From contig OZ076414.1 in NCBI GenBank assembly GCA_964187785.1, positions 55,676,001 to 55,740,000 of the forward strand: 64,000 nt of DNA, in the 5' to 3' direction. Positions 1 through 12,000 of the stretch are shown in pieces (position 1 is the stretch's first letter; every line of letters starts with the position of its first letter). The stretch is from Amphiscolops sp. MND2022 (taxonomy: Eukaryota). Under the pieces are notes generated by a model that was not told the origin of the DNA, made no database searches, and worked only from the letters and a program-made list of their open reading frames with translations. Position numbers and translations under genes: made by a program.

Positions 1-717
1 AGTCAAAACCTTCTTCTTGATAAGAAAGACCTCAGAAATTTTGATGCAAATTTTATGAGTTCAATCTCATAGCCTGGGAAAATAATTCAGGATCCTTACT
101 TGAAAATATGGCAAACAAAAGTGTTGATAACTGAAAAATGTCTACGTATAAACGACAAAAATAGTAACATAAACTATGTTAAGATAACATAGAAGTGATA
201 ATACGAATTAACGTGAATGTTACCGTTTTCTAGTAGCATTGGCAGACTTCCATAGCTCTATATTTGCCCGCATGGTGGCGCTAACTTGAGTTTCAGATTT
301 GTCAATACTGGCGCTAGATGGCGCTGTGTTCTTCTTAGAGAGCAACTTTTTCACGTTGGTCGCTCTCATTAGCGCTTGAGAAGGGACCACTGCTTCACGC
401 ATAGCGAACAGCTCAGATTTTTGAGGGGATAGGAGACTATTCGAAGAGCTGGCCAAAACAAGTTTCATTAGTCTTTTTTAAAAAAACCTTTTCGCCAGTA
501 GAGGCTATCTGAACGAAGCAGTAATTGAAAGATTATTATAAAGGAGTATTGTGGAAAAGAAGAGAAAAAAGTTCTTCCGTCGCTGTATTTTGACGAACTT
601 GTACGATGGAAGTAACACTGAGAAAAAACTGCACCAGACCAATTTAAACAAGACGCACACTTAACAAAATTTTGTCTCAGTAATTCGAGCATGAATATCT
701 CTCCTTGAATGCATATA

Positions 718-876
718 CACTCAACTCCGCTTATAACGATTGCCCGGGACCGGTGTTTTTTAATCGTTATATCCGAATATCGGTATAGGCGAAAATCGTT
801 GCCGGACCGTGAAACTCATCTATCGCTATAACCGGAATATCGTTATAAACGTAATCGTTATAAACGGAGTTGAGTA
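718..876. mobile_element. MITE, Tc1/mariner-type (TA-flanked, ~24-bp TIRs)
   Basis: TA|CACTCAACTCCGCTTATAACGATT ... AATCGTTATAAACGGAGTTGAGTA|TA: imperfect inverted termini, TA on both sides, no ORF. Confidence 0.7.
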
Positions 877-1289
877 TACTACGAAACTCACTTTATGTCG
901 TTGAATTCTATGGAAGAATTTTCATCTACTGGGTGTAAATTTGGGACAAAGCAAAACTTACTCGGGAAAATCCAATACTCACTGGTCAATGTTCTTTTTC
1001 CATATGAAATTTGAGAGTAGGTAAATTAATCAACAAGCAACGAAATAGGATGATGTAAAGCTCTCCAATTGGGTGACCTTGTCACAAAATCTGAAAGAAC
1101 TAGACCTCATGTCCAACACTACAACGGACTACTGACAACATGGCCCGTTCATTGCAAAACCGAGGCTCTTTTTAGTCGGCGCATTTTAGTAGAAAATGTG
1201 CCCGACTCTTACAGTGTGTAGTTTTTTTTACTCTTTACTCACGTAAGGTCCACTTTTTTGTTCAATTGTTCAGTTTGACCAAAACATAC

Positions 1290-1888
1290 CGCAAACCTTA
1301 GAACCTCATCGAAAATTATAAAACCGACGTCCAGAACCTTGAAAACCACTAAGGATCCCCACTTTGGCTATCTGGGTGTTTTTAACTTGGATTTTTTTCG
1401 GCACTATGAGACTTTTTTTCGAAAATTTTTTGATTGTACCAAAGGGTCCCCCTTCAATTTTTTGATATTTTGGAAAATAATAGATGTTTGAAAATCCCAA
1501 AGGGTCCCCTTTCAGATTTTTCGGCACTATGAGACTGTTCAAAATTGTCATTTTTCATCTGACATTAGGTTTTCTCAATACATATCCACCAATATTTTTT
1601 TTCAATACTATCCGAAATTTGAACGTAATATCCGGAGTAAAGCGCTATATCCGAATTTTTGACGTTATTTCCGAAGTATATTCCGTTTCACTGAGGAGGA
1701 GGAGGCGGAGGTTCGGAAACAAGTGCTCGCATTTGTCCCAGCCGCTATATTCGAACTTCTGAAGCGTTTTCCCAGCACGGAAGGCTTCCTTTGGGTGAAA
1801 CTTTTTTTGTGAATTTTTCATAAAACAACGTCATGAGCATATTTTGAAAATTTTGCACTTTTTGAGCCTTAGATATAGCGCCGACTTT
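1290..1888. repeat. Interspersed A-tract-rich non-coding repeat (copy 1; approximate left boundary)
   Basis: Ends in CTTTTTGAGCCTTAGATATAGCGCCGACTTT (1858-1888), identical to the reverse complement of 33510-33540. Shares AAGGGTCCCC/GGCACT subrepeats with the copy at 33.5-33.95 kb. Confidence 0.65.
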
Positions 1889-2960
1889 GGCCGTTCTCGG
1901 CTTGTTGGTAATACATACAAGTCTCTCTAGAAATGCAGTAAGTGTAGTGTTGAAGAACTATCCGATTTGAATAAACTACGCGTGATGATCAGGGAATGTT
2001 TCATGAACTTTTTGGGGGTATGTTCTAGGATAATGACCTTGTTTCTGAGAGTCATATTTTGAGTCACTTGGAACATTCTTCAAGTAAGTTCGATACCTTA
2101 ATTTCAATCTATCACTGCATAAACAACCATGGCAGACGTTGCAACATAAATATTTTCTTGAAATTTTTGATCGACATTTTGTTTTTGGTCAAAGTGAAAA
2201 GTAGTTTGGTCAAAAAATTAGCTGAAAATCAATGGATCAAGAATGCTTTGACCGATTTCAGCTAAGTTGACTCCCAAGATATGTTATGACTCCCTGGCAT
2301 GGTATGTCTCTAGGGTTATGACGCCTTATTGTCACCCTACTCTTTGAACATGTTTGGGTCATCAGCGGGACCCTTGTTCCTCAGGTCAGCAGCGGTCATG
2401 CCTCTTCCCCGAGTGGTTCTCCGAGTAGCCTGAGAAGTGTTCCTACTTTGCATCAGAGGGTGCACGTACGGCTTCTCATTGATGGCTACCTTCAGTCCCG
2501 GACGGGACGACTTCTGACTCAAAGCTCCTGTCATGTTTCCAGCCATGCGATTGGCTAACGAAGTGTGCCTACCGCCCGACTCCTCTTCGACGTCTTTCAA
2601 GCCGTGCACACGACTTCTGGTCATAGTATTAATGTTTTAATGACGAAGGTCAAATATTCAAATAACGTTTCAAAGCCAGGTCAAAACATCAGATGTTAGA
2701 ATGTTAGGTTAGTCACAAGCTTTAAATGCCTTGTAAATCTAAGTTGAATTTATTACGATTGGAAGGTATGAAAGTATGGAAACTTATGCTGAGCATTGTC
2801 AATCTAACAGAAAACCCTTAAACCGAGTGAAGGTTAGAGTTACAATTTTTTGGAGGACGTGATGTTCGTAGCTTCTCAAAGACAAACTAGAACGTCTTAG
2901 ACATTGGAGGTATTTTGTCAATAAAAAGTTTCATATTTCCATATTTGGTGGAATACTTAC

Positions 2961-3067
2961 CCCTTCTTTTTGACGGGTTTGACCTCTTCCTTGACCGTGG
3001 AGGCAGACTTGGGCACAACAGCATCCACCCAGTTGACCACCTTCTGTCTATCATCCCAATCTTTCAC
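2961..3067 (-). CDS. HYDIN: HYDIN exon (VKDWDDRQKVVNWVD...)
   Basis: TTTTAG acceptor, GTAAGT donor; DWDDR motif. Not in the ORF track. Confidence 0.8.
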
Positions 3068-6000
3068 CTAAAACATCTTGGTGTCCATAACTGGAATAAT
3101 GACACGCAGAAACATTTTGTTTCTCATGGGTTTGTTTTTAATAGTTTTTTTAAAGTTTTCTTCAGAAAACGTCCCTTATAAGTTTGTTCATGCCACGATT
3201 TAACGATAATTTACCATTTGGACTTTGGGTGGTATGACTCCTCGCCTCGTATCATCAAAACAACCCGTTTAAAAATGTTTTGAAAATAACAATTCGGTGA
3301 GACCAAATGGTCACCCCTTGAATTTTAGTGAGACTTTCATAGAAACTTTTCCATAGATGGACCACAACCTGATAATTTCACATTTATGTGATAAAGCAAA
3401 AACTAGAAGAGCCCAAAGGGTTTTTGGGTCATTTGGGTCTCTGAGAGGTCAAAACATAAAATTGAAATAAATATAACACAAAATTGAGAAAATTGAGATT
3501 CTGAAGAATAAAAAGACCATGCTCAATATTCCAAACCTCTTCAATTGGGACTAAAAACTCGATCAGCTCAGCCTTCATGTACACCTGTTGCTTCTCAATC
3601 TCCGTGGGCTCTTCGCTCACAAAGGTGGCTGTGATGTCTTTGGAGCATGACGCGTGAATGTGTCCCTCTTGCGGCGAAAACTTGATATTGGTGACATCAG
3701 AAGGCCAGGAGAAGCGGTAACAGTTTGAAGAGTGGTTCACAAGCGTGAACACAATCTGTTTTTCTGTCTTCGTGAACACTTGCCCGAAATTAAGACTGTT
3801 GTAGTCTAGGACTGAAACGGACACAAAAAGATTAGCTTATTTGGATTGACAAATTTTGTTTTGGTTCTCAAACAAGGAAATCAAGGAAATGATGTGAACG
3901 GGTGAAACTACTAGCTACCTATTAGCTGTTAGGTTGTGTATAAAAATACTCGGGAATGAAAGATTCTTAGCGAAGGAAATATGTTAAGGGCAACTCATTG
4001 TAATTATTATTCGACGTCACACAAACCATATTTAAAGAAAGAACAATTTTTTTCTACTGTGAAGCGTCTCCGTGATTTCAAACGTACCAAAGAAGAATTA
4101 GGAAGAAAGAACTTGGGTAGAAACAAAATTGTTCGGACACCAGAAAAGATCTTGGGCATAATTAATTTGACCAATTGAACGAAGAAGATAAGTTGGACAT
4201 AAACAGGAAATGAAAAAGGCCAATAAATGTGAATAATGCAATCAAATTGCTCCGACAGGATCAAATTTATCATATCTATTTTCAATAATCTTTTCACAAT
4301 TGGGCGCAAATTTCTATTCGTCTCTTTCAAAATGGTTCAATTTTCTCCTCGAACATAATTGAAGATTTTTTAAATGTTGGTTTCCGAAGAAGTCAAGGAA
4401 AGTTATTCGAATACCGGAACAGGCAAAAGCCTTATACAAGTATGGTCTGAACTAATGATGACAGAACTTGACAGCAACAGTGAGCAATGAACACAGGATG
4501 GGCAGCAGCAACGATAGAGATCACAAAAAACACACAACAAAAAATGTAGTAAAAACAAACACGAAGTGAAGAAAGCCATGGGCTGTGGACGATGGTGCTC
4601 CGAGGACACAAGAGATGACCTTCCCATGCCTTGTGACCCCAACAATGCGTGACTGACAGTCTCAGGTAAAAGGGAATTGGAGGAACCCCCCGGGACTACA
4701 GTGCCCCCTGAAGACGACGCGGCGTTTTTTGTGGGTGGTGCTAGATGATTAACAACAGAAGAGGTGGGGGACACACGTGCAGCTATCTCTACACCTTGTG
4801 GCCCCGCCCCTCCCCCAACTGCAGAGGTGGAGGAAGGGGCGACTTCGACTGCACTACCTGCGGAAGAGGATTGGCGGGGAGATTTGGCACCTCCCCCTCC
4901 ACCTGTTGTCATTCCTGGTTCAGTGAGGCCTTCCTCGCCGGTTCCAGGGAAAGATTCTTCAAATTCAAATGTTGAACGATGACCAATTTTTGTGGTTGCA
5001 AGATAACAACATAATGGGGGTAAATATCCGCTCATACAATTTAAAAAACCATGCATCTTCTCGAAAAAACTCTTGAAATCGAATGACCCAATTTTCTAAG
5101 TGAACATAACCATAGATAAAAATAAAATTTTGGTTTTGATGTAGAAGCCAAAGAAAGTTGTTGAAAAACGATTGAAGTTCATCTCCGATTCGATGGAATG
5201 AGGAGTTATATTGGTGTTCAACGTGGATATCAGAAAAAATGGCATCTAGTTCCAGAGGCCAAAAACTTCTGCTAACTAACCAGCATCGGAATCATCAATG
5301 ACGTCACTGTCAACTTCGCCCTCTTCTTCGATCTGATTGGTTGCAAGAACAGAGCCAATAGGAAGGCCGCTGATGTCTTTGATTGTGTGGATGTTTTCTA
5401 TCGTGATGTCTTCCATATATCCTTCGCCCAAGAGAACCACAGAGACATCTTCGAAGGGATTGTCTACTAAGGAGATTTGGATTTTTCCAATGAAACGAGT
5501 TGCCTCAGTGGGTGTGAAAGTCACATCAAATATTGCTTCTTCGCCCACGCTGAGTACTAGCCCGTACTTATGAGAAGCTCCTTCTTCTACAAAAAGAGGA
5601 AAAATTGTTGACCATTCACTTCAAAACCCTGAAGCGGAACCTCGCTGAAAATGAAAAACTAAGAAAACAACGTCTACGGAAAACATCTTTTTCATTCGGA
5701 AAATTCTCGTTTTTACGATTCTAAGCAACCTATAGGTACAACGCCCAGTGCCACAGCCACCACTTTTTAACTTTGCTTTGATGTTTTTGAGATGGTTGGT
5801 AAAACATAACACACATCAGAGTAACCAGAACTGAATCCTAGACTCTGACAGTACACAGTTGAATGCATTTGTTGAAACTATGTGAACAGACTCGGAATTG
5901 AGCTGAAAAAAAACAATTCAGTTTTTCTACGATGATTCAGAATTAATACTCGAATTTACCTTTTGGAGAGTAGATGCTCTGGTTCGACGAGACTTGGGTA

Positions 6001-9000
6001 ACATGAAACACTCCATTCTCATCCAATGGGTCAATGTAAACTGTACTTCTCAAATTGCCATCATTCACAAGCACTAATTGCATGGTCTGCTCTTGACCAA
6101 CCAGAAGCCTTCGATACATCATCATTGGCATTGACTTTTTGTTTTTCAAAGTGGGTTTTACCACAGTGACCCGAGGCAAGTTGCCATCGCCCACGAGTTC
6201 AAAGGTCAAGGGTTTGAACTTCTGGCTCAGAGAAGCAGGCAAACCCTCGACCTGAGCTTCAAAGATGCCCCCGTAAGTTTGCATGGACAAAGGTTTGAAG
6301 GTGACTTCGGCGAAGTAAGAACTGTGAGGTTGCACGACCGCCTTTTTGACCTCTACGTCAAACACATCGTGAACCTTCTTCGAGCTGCTACTAGAAGTTG
6401 TGACCGCGTTGAAAGACACTTCACATTTGACCTAAAAAACACCATCGAAGTAATTTAGTGATGGGTTCGGGTTTGCGAGTTTCTAGAGAGTTGCAGTGGA
6501 TTAGTGATAGTATGGGGTAAAATTCAGAAGAAATTTTATTTTCTTTTGGGTCAAGTTCAAAATTCTTTTGGGTCAAGTTCAAAATCAAAAGAAACTTTCG
6601 ACGGAACAGATCTATATGCAATTGGACACGCGGGTATCCTAGTCAACGTTTTTGACGTTTATAAATAAGTGCCTCCCGAAACGAATCTGAAAATATAGAA
6701 AGATTCGCGTTTAAGACAAAGACAATGAAAGAATAATTTTACCTTGTGTGGGTTTGTAATCTTGAAGCGGGCCTTGGCTGATTTGCCAACAACGACGTTG
6801 CAGAAGGCGAACTTATTCTCGTCCTCGCTGTAAATTCCTTGAACATGTTCAATCTGCGAATAAAATGTCTTCAAATTAATGGGTTTCTGAACAGATTTGG
6901 ATGATAAAATTATACAAATCAATCAGAAAAAAATTGCCAATTCACAAGCTTCGAAATTGACTGTTTTTTTTATCCCAGAATCATTATTTCGCCATCACGC
7001 CAAAACTACCACTGTTGGTAGTAGACTTACCTGATGGTTTTTCAGGTACAGAGCCAAGCTGCGACACACAACATGTTCCTCAAAAATGGAGGCGACGTCA
7101 CAGGTGTTGAACCCTGGAACCACTGCATCAGCCAGCACGTGGTATGGGATCCCATCCGGATTGTCTTTCGGATCCCTGAAAACACATTTTGTCAAAGCTT
7201 ATTCTCTATGGAAACAAACCAGAAATCAAAAATCTCTAAAAAACTGTTATCTCGGTAACATTATTGCTGTATACCTTCAAATTGTTTTTTGAAATTTGTA
7301 ATGAAACCTCGAAAACTTGCCAAAAAATCACATCACCTCAAAGGAGCAGAAACATTTGTGGCTTAGTTACAGCTTTTGGTTTTGTTGATTTGTGACAAAA
7401 CTACCAGGTTTTGTTAATCTCTAATACAATTACAAAGTCTAGTTCCTTTGAAAAAATTCTGACTGAACAATCGAAATTCCGGACTGAGAGAAAACTAATT
7501 TCATGAAATGAAATACCTGTCCGATATCTCAATAGCAAATTCCTCGTCATGTCTTCCAATGGCATCCGGGCAACACTCCACTTGGATCACTTGCTGGGCT
7601 TTCGGCAGAACAACTCCGAAGGCCGGATTCAGGATGAAAGGTCCAGTCAGGAGTTTGACACCTGCCAGAGTGTGGGTGGCAGGTCCAGATGAGGTTCCGG
7701 CGGCTGTGGCCATGTCTCCCCTGAAAGTGGATTTGGACATGGATGACTTGTTGCCAGAGCGGGCTGTGCCACTCGTTGCTTCCAGAGATCGTCCGGCTTT
7801 GTTTGAATCACTGCAAAAGAAGGAGGTCACTTACAAAAACATCAGAGAAATAAAAAACTAGTTTTATATGCCTGAGTTTGAGAATTATATGAAAAAACTT
7901 CAATAAGGATTGATCGGAGTAACCTGTTTGTTGCGAAGGAAATTTTTATACACTCAGAGCTAATACTTAGGTTAGGATGCCGCATGCGGCAGCAAGAAAC
8001 AAAAAGAGAAAATAATCACAACAAGAAGCACACTTATACACTATCTTGTGCAGAAGAAGTTTTCCAGTGCTCAATGTGATAGTTTCCGCTTCAGGTTCTT
8101 AGAGTACCAAGCCCAGAGCAATCCAATTTTTGCGTGGATTTTGAGTAACAGAAACACTGAAGGCAGAACATTGGTGGTATGGAAAAACTTAAAGCCACAT
8201 TATTGAAAAATTTTTAAAGAAATTTTTGTGCTTATAAGAAGTGCTTATAAGAGTGCTTATAAGAAGTCAGGAATGTTTTGTTTCGAAAATAACAAATTAG
8301 CCGGTATTCATTGAAATCAAAACAATGCTAAAACAGTTTTTAAAAAAGGTCCAAAATATGGAGGTCTGGAAAGCACGTTGTACATATCTAACAAAAAATT
8401 GAAAAAAAGTTAGATAAGAGCTGGAATCGAACTGAAGACCTTTTTTTGAACATTCAATTTTAATATGCAAAACGAATGCACGATTCAGACATCAAAAACA
8501 ATCCCAAATCTGGCGATACTAACAAACACTTTTAAGCTCAAAAAACTTGTGCAGTCATGAAGAAAAACTCGTTTCTTTTTCGATATATTACGAGAAAAAA
8601 AGTTCATTGCAGAAAGATTCCTCAATTAATTTAACATTGACAAGACATTCCCCTTTCGTGCACACACAGACCGCGGTTTCAATGGCTTCAAACAAAAATA
8701 ATAGTGTTCACTCAGGGAAACGAAACCACACATGAACCAAAGTAGAAACAAAAACACACAGCACACAAGGGGGATCATTCTATAGGGTGAACATAGAGCA
8801 CCCACAGTTGATCAGGAACCGTAGAGGGCGCCGCGCTCTTTTCCCGCGGGGGAGGAACAAGAGTGGGAGCAGCAGCGACGGGAATAGAGGGCACCTCTTG
8901 GGGGTGCGTTGCCGATGACTCAGTGCTAGCAGAAGACACTCTTGAGTCTGCACTGATAGTACTACTGAAAACCAGCCAAACAGAACTCAAAATCATTCGC

Positions 9001-12000
9001 CCAAGAAACTATCGAAGTCAGTAGCAAAAAGTAAAACTTGAAGAACACCCCGGAAAGTATCTTTTTCGTATTTTAATACTTCGAAACAGAAACCAGTAAT
9101 TAGAGATTAAAAGCTATTAACTACATCTTAAATGTGAATCATCCTGATTAAAATTCTTTTTTATTTTAAAAGAATAAAATTATTTTAAAAAGGTTTGCAT
9201 GCCAGAAGACTAAAACTAAAAAAGAGAGAAAAAAGAACAAAACTAGAAGGCAAAACATAAGTTTGGGAACAAAGCTTTCAACACAACAACTGCGTATTTG
9301 ACAGAAAAGAGATAAAACTGAGCTTCGAAACTTGCTTCATCTTAGTCAATCTTTGAATAAAGTTAGTCAAACTCTAGCTAAATCAGGCCAGGGATAGATT
9401 ATTAACCGATATTTTCGAAATTTAGTTTGATATGTTTTGATGGAATTTGTTGCAGATATTAGGGCTTTCAACAAAATGAATTGCATTCACAGAAAACATT
9501 TGCTTCAACGAACTCAATTTTTCTCAAAATTTTTATACACAACAGAAGCGTACAAACTTTTGGTTTCATAAACTTTTATATTATTCGTCGTAACTTCACC
9601 GTATGAGACATTATCATACGATTAATTACCCATCCCTGGACAAAACCATGCATGTAATGTGATCGATGCCATGAGGCATCAGTAAAGGGAACCTTTTGGC
9701 TTTGCTGTTTGTAGGAAGAAGTGCGTCTTCTGAGACAGGTTTGGTTATGTTGAACTTGAACTCGAACTCTCCCATGTTTTCTATTGCGAACTGCAGTTGT
9801 CGCTTGGAGTTGACGATGATGGACCCGAAATCGATGTCACTTCTGGGCAGCAGGGCATACTTGGAGTAGAGTGCCCTCACTGCTATCTTGATGGGGATAC
9901 ACGCAATCGTTTCCCCTCCACTGCCGGGCGCTGTGTTTGGATCTATTATCTGAAGACACCAAAAACCCGTAAATGATAAACTGGCATCGGACAAAGATAG
10001 TGCGATATCTAAAGGTTGGAATCATTACTTGTCAAAACTGCTTGAATGACGTGGAGTCTTTAATCAACCAGTTTTCGATTCGATCAACCCATCATTTAGA
10101 CATAGAAAGTTATCAAAAAGTAGATGTTTCGCAGAGGTTCCAAAACAAGAATATGAAAGTTTAGAAATTTTTCAAACACATCCCTATGTGAACACCGCAG
10201 AATAAAAACGACTGAAAATTCAATAATTAAATCAGAGATGAAATGAACAGCATGAAAAACACATCACATGAACTAGAGGTCACAAAAAACTCAACAAGAG
10301 TATCACTTCTTGCATGTTTCTGTGTTTTCTGAAGCTGTTTACGGGGTAGCACATGGTATTGACTGGCGAAAAATCGCCCGTTTTGATTTGCGTGTCGCTT
10401 ATCCGCTACTACTAATTGTAAGCATGGCATCGCTTCCGCTTAGCGACCCCGCTAACGCTATTAGCAGGTCAATTCACTGGTGTAGTACTAACATTGCATT
10501 TGATGATGGGCAGGTTGTTGATGTTGACCTCGTACTGGGAGACGAAGGTTATCTGCACTGTGGTCGGTCTGTCGTTGGGAAGAAGGGAGCCCCTGTTGGG
10601 ATACACACTGAACAGCTTCTCCATGTCTTCCGCATGTGCCCCCAGCTTCTCAACTGTCAGACTAAACAACAAAAGGAAAATTCGAGCCAGTGGAAGTCTA
10701 CTTTTTTAACTGAGACTCTTTTACTCTTTCCTGTTACCCCCCCCCTCAAAAGTTTACCACTTCAAAATTGTTTCTAAGTAGTCTGATCAAAAGTGAAACC
10801 TTTCTGCTTAACAGGAAATTAAATTCTATTAGAATAGTTTTTGTTTGAAATTTTTTTTACACATTGTGACTGTCATTAGTAGTAGTATGTGTTCCAATGT
10901 GGCCGGTATAAAGTGAGGAGTTCATTTACCCGAGAACTGTCCTATTTGAGTCAAATAACCTGTGAAGGTCATCGGACTCGATGAACTAATTATTTACTCT
11001 ACTAAAAGAACCTGTCAATTTTATCAGACTAGCCGTTGGCGAAAGTAATTATTTACTCAAATAAAAGAACCTGTCAATTTTATCAGACTAGCCGTTGGCG
11101 AAAGTAATTATTTACTCAAATAAAAGAAGCTGTCAATATTATCAGACTAGCCGTTGGCGAAAGTAATTATTTACTCAAATAAAAGAACCTGTCAATATTA
11201 TCAGACTAGCCGTTGGCGAAAGTAATTATTTACTCAAATAAAAGAACCTGTCAATATTATCAGACTAGCCGTTGGCGAAAGTAATTATTCACTCAAATAA
11301 AAGAACCTGTCAATATTATCAGACTACCGTCATTTCCTCTAGTGCCCCGCGGCCGCTTATGTTCCAAACTGTCAATATTATCAGACTATCGTCATTTCCT
11401 CTAGTGCCCCGCGGCCGCTTATGTTCCAAACTGTCAATCTTATCAGACTACCCGTTGGCGAAAGTCAAATAATCAACTTTCTCAGGTTGTTTTAGAATGA
11501 GAGCTACAATTTTATCCAATCATATTCCGTCAAGATCAATTTCTACCAACTTTTCCAATTTTGAAACCTTACCATCATACCTCAATTTTTGTAGTCACAA
11601 ACAAGTTACTTAAAATACCGAATTTTTGTGAGGATGTTAGAAAGCAGGCGAGAGATTTTGCTCCGTCGGGCCAGGGAGAATGGGCTACCCCACCTTACGG
11701 TGAGGCAAGCCGAAGAAGTGAATGGAGAGAATGGAGACCGGGCGATCTGGTTGATCGTCCCGGCTGAGCATAGTGTCGTCACGCTGAAGAACTTCCCTGG
11801 GAAGCTTCCGAAGCAAAGTAAAATTACAGACTTTTACAAGTAACTTGTTTAGTCTTTTCAAACCCAGCCCTTTTAAGGGCTACCAGTGATTTTTCTTTGA
11901 GTTTAAAGATTGACTTTCTCTTTAAACTTAAGGTTCTGATCCGGTTTCCTTTGAACTTTGTGGAACGCCAACTACAGGTTAGTTATTTCTTTTTCTTCGA

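Noticed and set aside
4403-5056. Overlapping Gly/Ser/Pro-rich ORFs in a GC-rich intronic island
   Set aside because: Low complexity, open on both strands, no family motif; cannot be assigned.
8775-8996. Ser/Pro-rich ORF as a HYDIN exon
   Set aside because: Exons 9693-9949 and 7517-7810 join in phase; low complexity, probably a TE scrap.
10985-11470. CRISPR-like appearance of the 59-bp (and 51-bp, 147-bp) arrays
   Set aside because: No unique spacers, no cas genes, eukaryotic context; these are plain tandem repeats.
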